The notes under the pieces are model-generated. The model saw nothing but the letters and a program-made list of their open reading frames with translations. It did no database searches and was not told where the DNA came from. A stretch of 63,973 nucleotides of DNA, filler included, from Octopus bimaculoides (lineage: Eukaryota), in NCBI RefSeq assembly GCF_001194135.2. It is 5 parts of 5 records of this genome, joined end to end, with 100 filler letters (N's around TTAATTAATTAA, not from the genome) between each part and the next. Parts side by side here need not be neighbours in the genome. Positions count along the whole stretch, not along the records: positions 1 to 29,426 come from NC_068998.1; 4 more parts are not named here. One strand, given 5' to 3'. This document shows, one piece after another, positions 12,201 through 23,316 of this stretch. The translations under genes and the position numbers were made by a program. Within the stretch, counting starts at the first letter, position 1. Each line of letters starts with the position of its first letter.

Positions 12201-13055
12201 AGGTCAGTTCCTGACCAGTTTTGCTTAGGTATTTTCTTGACCTCTAAGATCGTCACTTCGTCTTCTATACCTGCCAAGACGGCCTCCATTAACCAGGTGA
12301 TGGATATATCTCGTGGCACATACAACACCCTAACCTTAGCAAGGCGTTAGCAGCGATAGTTGGGGATTAGGAAGATTTCATTTCTCAAAGTGGTCACTGA
12401 ATGACACCTGGCTTCTTCTTTCGTCCCAAATCTCCCATCAATGGTTCGAAACTTCTTTCCTCGGGTGATGTGGATCTTCTGTTCCCACACGCGCCAGAGA
12501 GATTTTTGGATTTCGCTCTCAGGAGCATTTCCACTCGGCTTGACTTGACTCCGATGCAGTGGTACGTGACAGTGCATTTTAAGATATTCTCTATCATGTC
12601 GGATGGTGGGGTTTAGAGCTACCCTTCTCCCATTCCTTTTTACAATTTTCCTGGCCATTTGCAGATCCTCTTCATCTATCTTCCAAATTTCTCGCCGCAA
12701 TCGCAAAAGAAACCTCCTTTGCAGTGGAGGCGGTTGTGGCGGCGGTGGAAATAGTGATATTCACTTTTCTAAATTTCACTTTATTAGTATCGTTCTTGCT
12801 GTTGTTGATATTGTTGTTGTTGCTATTGTTGAGGTCGTTATTGTTGTTGTCGTTGTTAATGTTGCTACTGCTGCTGCTGCTGTCACTGCTGCTGTTGCTG
12901 TTGTCACCGAAAGTTTTGACGTTGCTTAGCGACGAAACAGTATTCGTCTCGATGACGTCATTCAGGGTAGGCCATGCTGCGTCTTTGTTCTCATTCATCT
13001 CCGACAAGGAACGTGCCCCGCTGTCGAACGTTTTGATGGTTTCTTTATCAGCCAT
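9279..13055 (-). mobile_element. Tx1/L1-like LINE, degenerate, retaining ORF1 and RT but lacking most of the APE endonuclease
   Basis: ORF1 remnants (SFAIAA; LPDGTHLPVLVEGRKPRC.T.GS..HL knuckle). RT in ORF 10292-11398 (NFQPIALLNTKLKILAKVLAERL, LDQLKAFDRI, QGCPMSPLL, YADN), then LSLKGWAEVANAYI and a C-terminal Cys region. Multiple stops and frameshifts. Confidence 0.88.
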
Positions 13056-13307
13056 CTTTACATGAATAACGAAAATAGTAAAACATTAGCTTTTTCCGAA
13101 AGTTAAGCTTCAGAAAATATTGATGAGCACTCTCTGCAGAACAGGGTATGTTTCTAAATGAAAATGCTATCGGCGCCGTTCAGACAGTCTCAGAAATGCA
13201 ATGGTAAAAATAAAATGAAAACACAGGGCCTTAGAAGACCAAAAAGATTACAAACACCATTTCAACTTACGGAGCTTCAAATTTCTGTGACTTTACAGTA
13301 TGGCGGC

Positions 13308-13345
<38 letters not shown>

Positions 13346-13522
13346 AAGTAAACAAACAAAGTTTGTTATAGCAGTGTTGAGATGTGTTGAAAGATACAGA
13401 AATAAATTTATTTTTCTGCAATGCATGGATAATTTATCCTGATCACGCCATTTATTAGCATTATCACGCGTTTGAGAATAAAAAAATATTATTTCTGTAT
13501 CTTTCAATAATAATAATAATGA

Positions 13523-13598
<76 letters not shown>

Positions 13599-13615
13599 AT
13601 TATTATTATTATTAT
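13523..13615. repeat. (ATT)n microsatellite at the 3' end of the minus-strand R4-like LINE
   Basis: Directly visible. Confidence 0.95.
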
Positions 13616-15655
13616 TCTCAGATCTCCTGGCCTTTCTTGTCCTGGTTGATACTGTGAGATCAGACAGCAAGCTGTTGTCAGAGGTCTCACAATGTCTCTT
13701 TCCGCAAACTATATGCATTGGTACTTGGATGTTAACTTATCGTGGAAGACACTCAACACTCTAGCACCAATCTCAAAATCCTAGTTGTTCCCAATAAAGC
13801 AGTTTTGGGGCCTGCTCTTCCCTCGTATCAATTCCAACTTCTCCGACATATTTCTCGAGATTGGTTGTTAGTGCTCCGAGTGCCCTACAACTACTGAAGC
13901 AATAGTTACTCTCTTCAGTGTCCACATTCTGGCAATTTCATCTTTTAATAGTCTGAATTTTTCCAGCCCTCTGTCACCTATGCATGCCTCCCCAGGTATG
14001 GCAATATCTGTGATTTTGGTTTCCTTTTTCCTTTTATCTGTCACAACAATGTCTGGTCTCTGGGCATCGAATACAAAATCACATTAGATTCTAAAAGTCA
14101 CATTAGATTCTAAAATCCCACGGGATTTTATATTCATTGTTCTCAGTCGCGCCTTATACTTCATGTCTTTACCATTTCTGTGCCCTGTCCAGACCGTATT
14201 TTTCACACAGTCTCCAGTGAACAAACTTAGCTACGTTATCGTGCTTCATTTTGTAGTGATTTTGGGCCAGTTTGCTACGCTCACTCTCAATATGTTTCGT
14301 TTATTGGTAATATACATCCTACAATTGGATGATTCACCCCTCTTATCTATTTGGAATTTGGTATAATTATTTCTCAGAGCTTGTCCCTGGGCACTGCATA
14401 TCAGTGCCCCTGCGCATCGTTTCAGATCACTTTTTCGCTGTCATTTCCAGGTGTTGGTCTTGTCTTTGCCTTCGATTTCTCTAATGTATTGCCCATGCAG
14501 TGTTTTCGTTTTCTAATTGCTTATTCTTTGCTCTTCATCTTGTTTCTTAAATGTTTTTGTGCGTGTCACATTTTCGGTGGGTATTGTGTTGTTATTTCAA
14601 CGGCAAGCAAGGATTTACACTGTTATTCGATGTACCATCTCAGATTGTTCTGCTCGTTGACAACACAGATTCTACATCCTATGAGGTCTCTTCCTCCCTT
14701 GTTCCCAGGCATGCAATCTATCAATATCGCTTTTTGGGTGCAGTTCCTTATTAATTGTCATCACTTTCTTGGGTTTTCTATCCATTTCCTGAAGTTTTGT
14801 CCGTCAAGCAGCACTTGCGCTGCATCGCATTAAAGAAACAGCCCATGTGTTCATTGCACTGATCTTGTTTTTTTTTTCATTAAGTCCACTTCACGTAATT
14901 AATTTAGTTCATCTGAGATATTCTCGCCTAAAACTTTCCTTCATCTCACTCTCCTTGATTGATTTTGTCATACTTCAAAATATCCAGGTACTTATATCCA
15001 TCAGTCTCAACATCCTTGATTTTCTCACTGTTGGGTAGTTCTACACCATCAGATGATACTAGTTTACCTTTTTGTATTATAAGCATACCACCAACTTTAG
15101 TCCCAAATTCCATCCCGATATCCTTACTGAATATCTGCACTGCTGAAACCAGACCATTTATTTCACGTTTGGTCTTCTCGAAGACCTTTAAGTCATCCAT
15201 ATATAACAGATGATATAATTTTTCTTCACTTTTCAAGGTGTATCCTGATGTCACTTTCCGTATTATCTGTGTGAGGAGTATCATACAAACCACAAACAGT
15301 AATGGTGATAGGCTATCTTCCTGAATATGCCTCTCTTGATGTTAACCCTCGCCAAAAATTGTCCACATGATGTTAACTCTATATTCCAGTTCTTCATTGA
15401 TCTCCTGATAAAATTTGAGATGTTATCTGACACTTGTACCAACACAGGACTTCCTAAAATCCAGGAATGGGGAATCCTATCATATGCTTTCTTATAATCG
15501 ATCCACGCCATACCCAGGTTAGTATTTCTTTCCTTGCAGTCGTTCAGCACCATTCTGTCTATCAGAAGTTGGTCCTTTGTCCCTCGACTTTTCCTCTTGC
15601 ATTCTTTCATTATAATCATTTTAGGCATAAGGCTTGGAATATGGGGGAAGTGCGA
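13616..15655 (-). mobile_element. R4/Dong-like RLE LINE, 5'-truncated and degenerate
   Basis: RT motifs RGTKDQLLID, AWIDYKKAYD, LLYMDDLK and YKYL; RLE motif RPDIVVTDK...ITDIAIPG; 3' end abuts (AAT)n. Confidence 0.9.
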
Positions 15656-15819
15656 GTCGATTACATCGGCCGCAGTGTCCAAGTGGGATTTATTATATCG
15701 ATTCCGAAAGGATGAAAGGCAAATTCGATCTCGGTCGATTTGAACTCAGAACGTAAAGACAGACGAAATATCGCTAAGTATTTTATCCAGTGTACTAACT
15801 ATTCTGCCAGCTCACCGGC
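15656..15819 (-). mobile_element. tRNA-derived SINE
   Basis: Same head and body as the 1791-1879 and 50396 copies. Confidence 0.75.
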
Positions 15820-15821
15820 TT

Positions 15822-15822
15822 A

Positions 15823-15894
<72 letters not shown>
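15822..15894. repeat. (TAA)n microsatellite at the 5' junction of the plus-strand R4-like LINE
   Basis: Directly visible. Confidence 0.95.
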
Positions 15895-15895
<1 letters not shown>

Positions 15896-16904
15896 GAGAA
15901 AGGGGACTGATAAGTGTGGAAGACTGCGTGCGTATCGAACTCGAGAGCTTAATGAGTTACTTAGCCCAAGGTAAGGAAACTTTGCTAGTGACAGTTAGGA
16001 ACAAGGGAGTATTGAGAGCAGAAAAAAAATGGAAAACAAAGTAAGACGTATAAAAGTGACATGAAGACGAATTACGCAAGACGGGAGTACACAATCAATT
16101 CTATGCAGCCACAACAGAAGTTGCTGGAAAAAATAGGTGGAATCGACTGATGAAAGGAACACTATAAGAAAAGAGACTGAGAGCACTATATAGGCAGCGC
16201 AAGACCAAACTTTGGCCACGAAATGTAGGGTCAACCTTGGGAATGAGCAAGTGTCTCCGCTGTGCCACATCTGCAATAGAGTGGACGAAACCATTACCCA
16301 TATCACAAACAAATGCCCTAGAGTTGCACAAAACCGCTACAAGTTGTGGCGACACGACCAGGTAGAGAAAGTGCTACATTGGAAACTGTGCGAAAAGTGG
16401 GGGCTAGAGAGAGGCAATAAGTGGTATGAGGACAAACCGCAGAGAGTGGCAGAGTCGGAGACTACCAAAATCCTCTGGGATTTCCCAATCCAAACAGGTC
16501 AGGTTCCAGATCATAACAGACCGGACCTTGTAGTGGTGGACAAGGTGCCTCACATATGCTATATAGTTGATGCTGCATGCTTCTTTGACCCACGAATAGT
16601 CAAAAAGGAAGGCGAAAAGATAGATATAGCTTGGCTATAGAAAATAATAAAAAATGAAAACAGTGCCAATTATTGCTGAGTCCTTGGGAACAGTATCAGA
16701 AAGCATCAAGAGGAATATAAAGGAAATTGGAATAGAGTTCCCAGTAGTTCTGTTACAAAAAGTTTGCCTCCTTGGCACGGCCAGAAAATCAGGAAAGTAT
16801 TAGATTGCTGAAAAGAACGAATAGCATGGTACCGTAGGCTGCAGGTAGTAAGCCCGCTATGCATGAAAGACTCCAGGAACTCCAACAAAACCTGTGATGA
16901 AGAT
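15895..16904 (+). mobile_element. R4/Dong-like RLE LINE, 3' fragment
   Basis: ETESTIxAAQDQTL, CHIC...ETITHITNKC...YKLWRHD, RPDLVVVDK (PD..D motif), LLGTAR. Flanked by (TAA)n on both sides. Confidence 0.9.
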
Positions 16905-16909
16905 AAATA

Positions 16910-16965
<56 letters not shown>

Positions 16966-17465
16966 TACGAATTCGTTGGCGTACTAGAGTTCAACGAGAT
17001 AATAGAGAAGGAAACGAAATAGCAACTGAGGATGGAATATTTCCGAAGTCTAAAATTGACCGGATGGAATAAAATCCAAGCAGTTAATACATGGGCGATA
17101 GCATCACTTCGGTTTGGAACTGGAATTATAAAATGGCAAAAGGAAGAACTGATGAACATAGACACTAAGACAAGAAAAATGTTGACAGTTTACGGAGCCT
17201 TCCACCCTAGTACTTGTCCAAAAGAAAGGGTGGGAGTGGTTTGATCAGTTGCCAGGATTGTATCAAATGAGAGGAAAACAGATTAGAGTGGTATGTAAAA
17301 AATACCGTGGAACCATTGTTGAAATATGTGAAGAAGCTCGGCGTCATTAAAACTGATAATTGTGTTGCGAAAGTGTTGTGGCGGATACCCCCAAGTGAGA
17401 AGCGAGCTGTTCCACTACTGATAAATAGTGGACACACATAGCAAGCAGTCTCAGTCCGCGAGGTA

Positions 17466-19224
17466 TTTTTGTTGGTTTTAAATCATTTTTGATTCCGTTT
17501 GATGTAAGTCGTGTTATACTTTGTTGTATCTTTGTTGAAGGTTCTTCCCCCACGGGTGAGCCATGTTTTGTTGAATTTGTTTAATACCATTGCTTTTTTG
17601 CCTGCGGGCCTGTTAAATTTTGTGTTTGTCTTCTTCCCCATTTTGGGGCGAAGTAACTGAAAGAAGAAAGGAATGGAGTGCGAGCCAGTTCCAGCACATG
17701 CCGGAAGTTATGCTTCAGCAGCTGGGAAAGGTGCAGATTCGCTAAAAATGCGAGAAATAAAAATTGAACAGAAGCTGAAGGAACACTACAAGCTGATTCA
17801 GAAGGAGGGATCCGGTTAAAATCTGACCCCTCCACAAGAGGTGACAACAAGTACCAAGAAAAGGTCAATGATATACAGAACTCTATCGGCGACCACAAAG
17901 AAAATAGAGATAAATACGGAAGTAGCAATGGAAAAATGTCTAAAGGAAACTAAGCACCTGACAACATTCTATGCAAGAGGTAGAAAATACGTCACAGTAC
18001 TGGTAAACAATGTAGATTTGCCGACGAATAGGAGGCAATAAATCACTCCACTGTGACGCTGAAGACGGAAAAATGGGTACTCCTACCTACCTACTGCGGC
18101 AAAAGGGTCGCCAGAGTGAGAATAGATAGAATATCACCAGAAATTAAAGAAGCGTGGCTGGTGGCAGCCGTAATGCACAAAACTGAGGAAGACGCCAAAA
18201 TTTTAAAGGTGACAAGGACAAAGAGAGCAAATTGCAGGGGATACGGACTAGAAATGGTCATCCAGGTCGGACAACAAGATCTAAATGAAATTGCTGAAGA
18301 AATAATACTACCGGAGGACATAAGATTGAGAGTGGTGGTAGAAGGAAGGTCAACAACTTGCTATAAATGCAGCGAAAAAGAACATATTAGAATAAAGTGT
18401 CCCCAGAGAGAAAATAAAAACGAGGAAAGTCAACAGGAGTAGAATGCCAAAGTGGTGGATCTTGAAAATGAAAAATGTATGAAAGTAGATGAACCATTTA
18501 CGGAGGTAACTAACAGAAAAAGAAAAGAACAAGTGAACTCATCTCCGAAGAGTCCAATAAAGAAAACGAAGGAGGGGGAAATAGAATGTACACATTTTTC
18601 ACTACATTAACCTCCAACAGCATCAACAACGAAGGAAAAAAAAGGAAACCATGACAAACAACCAAATTCCACCGCAGGAACGAACAGTCAAAAAACCTGG
18701 AAAAAACAAATGGCATATGGTAACATATATAAAAAAAACAGATACAGAAAGGAAAATCACCAAATTTAAATTGGTGATAAGAGTTAAATTACCTATGGAA
18801 CATTACCCAGAAAGTACAAAAGCCATAGTAATAGACAAAGAGAGATACGAAAAATTAAAAGAATGGTTTGGAAGCAAGGTGGACCCAATGGGAGTGAGGG
18901 TAGAGTTTGACGACCTATCACCAGTTATAGATTACGACGACTTGTTGCCATATATAAAACGGTAAAGCGTGAATAAGCTTTAAAAGTTTTTTAACTACAT
19001 ATACGATACTAAAAGGAAAAGAAGGGAAAATGATATAAAAAATTTCTATTAAAACAGTTAAAAGGTACTGCTTGAGAGTCGGGTTCAAGCAGCCATTACA
19101 TCTTTATTTAATTATTATCCATCTCTCATGCATTCGTTTTATGTCTTTTGTCCCCACTGTAGTGCTCTGTCTGTCCTTGTGCCGTCCCCTCTATATTATG
19201 GCCTATGTGCCAAATAAAAAAATA
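17466..19224 (+). mobile_element. ORF1-only non-LTR retroposon (HAL1-like) inserted in the 5' LTR
   Basis: 14-bp TSD cagtccgcgaggta (17452-17465) / cagtcagtgaggta (19225-19238) and A-rich tail AAATAAAAAAATA. Degenerate ORF from ATG 17673 to about 18965 with SYASAA and CYKCSEKEHIRIKC. No EN or RT motifs seen. Confidence 0.8.
17673..18965 (+). pseudogene. Disrupted ORF1/gag-like CCHC zinc-knuckle protein of the retroposon
   Basis: In-frame stop at 17817, frameshift near 18045, CX2CX4HX4C knuckle near 18358-18399. IILPEDIRLRVVVEGR..C matches IDLPDGTHLPVLVEGR..C in the Tx1-like ORF1 at about 12.1 kb. Confidence 0.75.
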
Positions 19225-19299
19225 CAGTCAGTGAGGTACGCCGTACGGGCCAGTCACGCAGATGACGAAGTTACGTCATCATAATGCGGGACATATCAG

Positions 19300-19311
19300 T
19301 GGCGACGAGGA
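19300..19311 (+). other. Primer-binding site complementary to the tRNA-Ser(GCU) 3' end
   Basis: TGGCGACGAGGA lies 1 nt after the 5' LTR. It complements ...UCCUCGUCG-CCA, the animal tRNA-Ser(GCU) 3' terminus as I recall it. Confidence 0.75.
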
Positions 19312-22012
19312 GTCGAACTACACGCAGTGGCAGATAAGACTAACACAGAACCGAACTACACACAGTGAAAAATGATATTCATACAGTGAGAAATATATGA
19401 ATTTTATTGAAAAAAGATTCTGTAGAAAAAATATATGATAAAACTGGAACGCTAACACAGAAATGAACTACACAGTGAAAAAAAAAACACTATGTGTTAG
19501 TAGCGCTACCGGTAAACAATGTAGACCGGTACTACCTGCGGCATTCTGAAGAGAAAAATAATTTTGAGTGGAAGAAAAAAATAATAGTAATAATAAGTCT
19601 GTTTGAAGGATTTAAGTCAGGCTGCTATGTATTAGTAGCGCTACCGGTAAACAATGTAGACTGGTACTACCTGCGGCATTCGGAAGAGAAAAATAATTCT
19701 GCGTGGAAGAAAAGAATCTCAAAGGTAGGAGATGTTGTGGCGGACACCGTAAAGTGAGAAGTGGACTGTTCCACTTCTGATAAATAGTGGACAGGCACAG
19801 CAAACAGTGTCAGTCGGTGAGGTACGCCGTACAGGCCAGTCACGCAGACGACGAATTTACGTCGTCATAATGCGGGGCATATCAGAAAGAAAAACTTAAG
19901 GAAGAAAAGAACAACTCCAAAGCAGATACAGAGGATCGGTTGCTCTGGATGAGGAGGAGTGACCTAAAGATAGAGACAGAAGCACTTATATGCACAGCTC
20001 AAGAACAAGCGGTAAGGACTAACTATTTGAAGTACATAATCGACAACAGTACCGACAGCGACAAATGCAGAATGTGTGGTGGGAGGGGTGAAACGGTATG
20101 GCAAATCATTAGGGAATACTCGAAATTGGCACAACGCGAATACAAAAGACATGATAACGTGACAAGAATGATCCATTGAGAGCTCTGTGGAAATCACGGC
20201 CCACAAAGAGTAAAACCGTAGTGTGAGCAAACCTCAGTAGTCATCGGGAATGAAAATTACAAAATAAAATCCTGTGGGATACGATGATTCAGTACGAACA
20301 CCTGACCAGACATCGGAAACCGGACATTATGGTGAAAAAATAGAACATGCATAATAATCCACATTACATGCCCCAATGACAACACGATCAAAAGGAAAGA
20401 AGAAAAACTGAACAACTATGACTATTTGAAGTGGCAAGTGTTGCTGTGGTCAATGAGAAGAGTGGACGTGATACCAATAGTAATTGGTGCACTTGGAAAT
20501 ATCAACACTCAACTACCAACATGGCTGAAAAAGATTGGTGCAAGCCTGAAGGTAGAACACCTACAAAAATCAACATTGCTTGGAACTGCAAGAATTCTTC
20601 TCAGGGTTCTTGAAACATGACCAGTAGACAAGTGTTACCTTAGTTTGCTGACTTTGCACGAGTGACACTTTCCATCATACCTAGCAAAATAATCTGAGAA
20701 TTTCCATCAAATAATGATAATATTTTTTTTATTGTGGGGCAATATACAAGTGACACTCAATGGTTTGAGAAATGGTTAGTCAGATGTCACTATTCTTTCA
20801 TCCAAGACTTCGACCTCTAGCCCTAGGAATTCGAGATGTAGGTCCCCGGCCTCTTCCTACATGACCCCTTGCTTTTGAATTTCTGGTAGGATGGCCACGC
20901 ATTATCTTACCTTTGTCTCTTGCATTTGCAGTACAGCACAGTGTTTTATATTTCATTCTACAACGAGGAGAGGCTGTAGTTACAACTGGGCTGGGGTTAG
21001 TGCAAAGGCTAGGTGTAGGGTTAGAGGTAAAAACATTCATCATGTTCTTTTCCGGATGATAAACCAGCACATGTGCTTGGTGTAGAAATTGTGCTGGATG
21101 AGGTTGGGTTCTGTTGAAGTGGTGTAGCAGACACCTGGTTTTGTTGACATGTATCAGGAGATTTGTCCCACAAAATTGGTTGGATTTTACTTTTGCACAG
21201 GCCTTGAGGATCGGTTCTACTGCAACCAGCATCTTTAGACATTATTTATATTATTTGATTGAATGCCACGCATCCATTTCCAAGTAAGTTTATCTTAATC
21301 TTTTTAATGCGACTCTACCCTTTACTGTTTTCTCCTCTATCGCTTTCTCTCTCATCCTTTCTCTAATTCCTTTTTTCTCTCCTTCACCGTTGTCTATCTG
21401 TCTCTCTCTCCCCTCTTTCTCCTTTACTCTGTCTCTCTCTCTTTGCTCACACGTGACCATCATCCATCTTTATTTTCCTCATGTGATCATTTTTCTTTTC
21501 TTTCAGGGCTGTCCTAAAGCTTGGACGCATCCTGTCTCTCTCTTCTATCCTTTCTCTTGTCAAAGAAAATATTTCTCCAGCGTTCGCTATTTTACTCTCG
21601 TTCTGGTCTAATGACCTTCCATGTTTGTTTTCGTTCGGTTTCCTTGTATGTCTCCACTGTCCTGTTTTTGTTCTCAACTTTGCCTCTCCATCAATCCCAA
21701 ATCTTATTTTGGTATTTATGGGAGAAACTGTCTTTGAAGACTCATATTGTCATTCAGTACTCGAAATGAGAAGATAGACAGCCGACAACTGATGAAGGGT
21801 CGTTATTTATGTTACTTGTCCTGTTTTCCATTTGCTTCTCTCGTTGTTTGCGTATTGAACTCATTTATTTTCGTATTTCATGTTGTTTACTGTTGGTGAT
21901 GTCCTGTACCCATATATGCATATATATATATGTGTGTGTGTGTGTATGCACTCGCATGTGTGTATCTACATACTATTATTCAATATTTTCTTTTCTTATG
22001 TGTGTAGGTGTG

Positions 22013-22045
<33 letters not shown>

Positions 22046-22244
22046 NNNNNNNNNNNNNNNNNNNNNNNNNNNNNNNNNNNNNNNNNNNNNNNNNNNGAGA
22101 GAGAGAGAGAGTAGCACTTAGTATTTTAAACAGCTTTTGAACTAAAATATCTAAACACCAGCATTCTCTATCTTTGCAGAAAGTACAAGAGATATCTCTG
22201 AAAACCAAAAACCTGTCTTCAAACTTTCTGATAATTTCAAGAAA

Positions 22245-23315
22245 ATGGACAATAATTATACTGTCAGCGATTGTTCTAATTTAGAGGGACTAAATGTTGA
22301 AATGGTTGAAGCCCATTACCCTGCAATAGTGTTTCTCGTATTCGAAATGATTCTTGGAGCTACTGGAAATTGCATGGTAGCATACATATACTATTATAAA
22401 TTTGAGGTTTCGTCCACACAGATTTTCATTGTTGCACTTTCAATTTATGATTTTCTAACCAGCACAATAAGTATACCTATGGAAATTGTATTGCTACGTT
22501 TATCCTTCACTTTTGACTGTGATACTGCATGCCGCTTGATACGTTTCTTTATTGTTTTTGCAATAATCAGTTCAGCTTTGATTGTAATCATAATAGCAGT
22601 CGATAGATATATTCTTGTATGTCGACCTCTCAGTCAAAAAATTTCCATTAAGAATTCAAAGAGAATTCTTGCAGTTTTAGGATTCTTATCTTTTATATTT
22701 AGTATACCAGCATATTTTGTGTACAGTAAACACGAGAGAAAGGTCAAACAGTGTGGAAAAATTGGAACAGTGTGTTCACTTTCTAGTTATTCAGAAGAAT
22801 CAATCTATCCTTTAGTCTATTATAGCACCGTGTTGGCAGTCTGTTCTTTTGCATTTATTGCTCTTATGATAATATACTTATTAATTGGAATACGTATTTG
22901 GAAAATTTACAGAGCGAAGAATTTTAGAACTGTTACTTCTATTAGTATTGCAAATGACAACAGTATAAAGCCATTGGGAATTGTTCATAGACCTTTTGTG
23001 AAACAATTTATTTCTGCTCCGCGTATCAAAAGACATTCAATGAACCCGTTTAAAACCACTTTAGTTTTGTTCATCATCACTTTGATCTGGACTTTGAGTT
23101 ATTTACCACATTTCATCGGAGCATTCTGGAAGATGTCTATTAAAGATTTTAACGATTCTACAACTTACAAAGAACAATTAGCTTACCATTTTTTTATGTA
23201 TTCTTATTACATTAACTGTGCTGCTAATCCGTATATTTATGGACTTTTTTGTAAACAGTTTCGTTCTGAATTAAGGATTAAACTTCGCAAAATTTTCGTG
23301 TGTTGTAAAAAATAA
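22245..23315 (+). CDS. Single-exon rhodopsin-like (class A) GPCR, 356 aa, probably an orphan peptide-receptor-like gene
   Basis: Uninterrupted ORF with seven hydrophobic segments, N-terminal N-glycosylation site (NYT), TM1 GN, TM2 LSIYD, TM3 Cys and DRY, ECL2 Cys, TM6 SYLP, TM7 NPYIY, helix-8 F..QFR and terminal Cys-Cys. Confidence 0.95.
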   Translation: MDNNYTVSDCSNLEGLNVEMVEAHYPAIVFLVFEMILGATGNCMVAYIYYYKFEVSSTQIFIVALSIYDFLTSTISIPMEIVLLRLSFTFDCDTACRLIRFFIVFAIISSALIVIIIAVDRYILVCRPLSQKISIKNSKRILAVLGFLSFIFSIPAYFVYSKHERKVKQCGKIGTVCSLSSYSEESIYPLVYYSTVLAVCSFAFIALMIIYLLIGIRIWKIYRAKNFRTVTSISIANDNSIKPLGIVHRPFVKQFISAPRIKRHSMNPFKTTLVLFIITLIWTLSYLPHFIGAFWKMSIKDFNDSTTYKEQLAYHFFMYSYYINCAANPYIYGLFCKQFRSELRIKLRKIFVCCKK

Positions 23316-23316
23316 A
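23311..23316 (+). other. AATAAA hexamer overlapping the GPCR stop codon (candidate polyadenylation signal)
   Basis: Directly visible; function untested. Confidence 0.25.

Larger units (their letters stand above)
17374..19884 (+). mobile_element. Non-autonomous miniature LTR retrotransposon (TRIM-like)
   Basis: 5' LTR is 17374-17465 plus 19239-19298 (152 bp); 3' LTR is 19733-19884 (152 bp), about 20 mismatches by eye. TG...CA ends, TSD GAAAG (17369-17373 and 19885-19889), PBS TGGCGACGAGGA (19300-19311), PPT-like AAAGGTAGGAGA (19721-19732), 434-bp non-coding interior. Confidence 0.88.
16966..20709 (+). mobile_element. R4/Dong-like RLE LINE, 3' portion split by the LTR-element insertion (host parts 16966-17373 and 19885-20709)
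   Basis: Left part NKIQAVNTWAI...GGSGL; right part LWMRRSDLKIETEALICTAQEQA, CRMC...RHD, KPDI, IPIVIGALG, LQKSTLLGTARIL. The two parts are colinear across the GAAAG TSD. Confidence 0.88.

Noticed and set aside
19340-19720. Short direct repeats with spacers, superficially array-like
   Set aside because: Only two copies of each unit, inside the TRIM interior. Not CRISPR, and the context is eukaryotic.
17374-19884. A...B-A-B repeat layout suggesting a DIRS/Ngaro split-direct-repeat element with gag
   Set aside because: Better explained as a normal LTR split by a later insertion: the halves sum to 152 bp, and a 14-bp TSD, PBS, PPT and 5-bp outer TSD are all present. No tyrosine recombinase or RT is seen.
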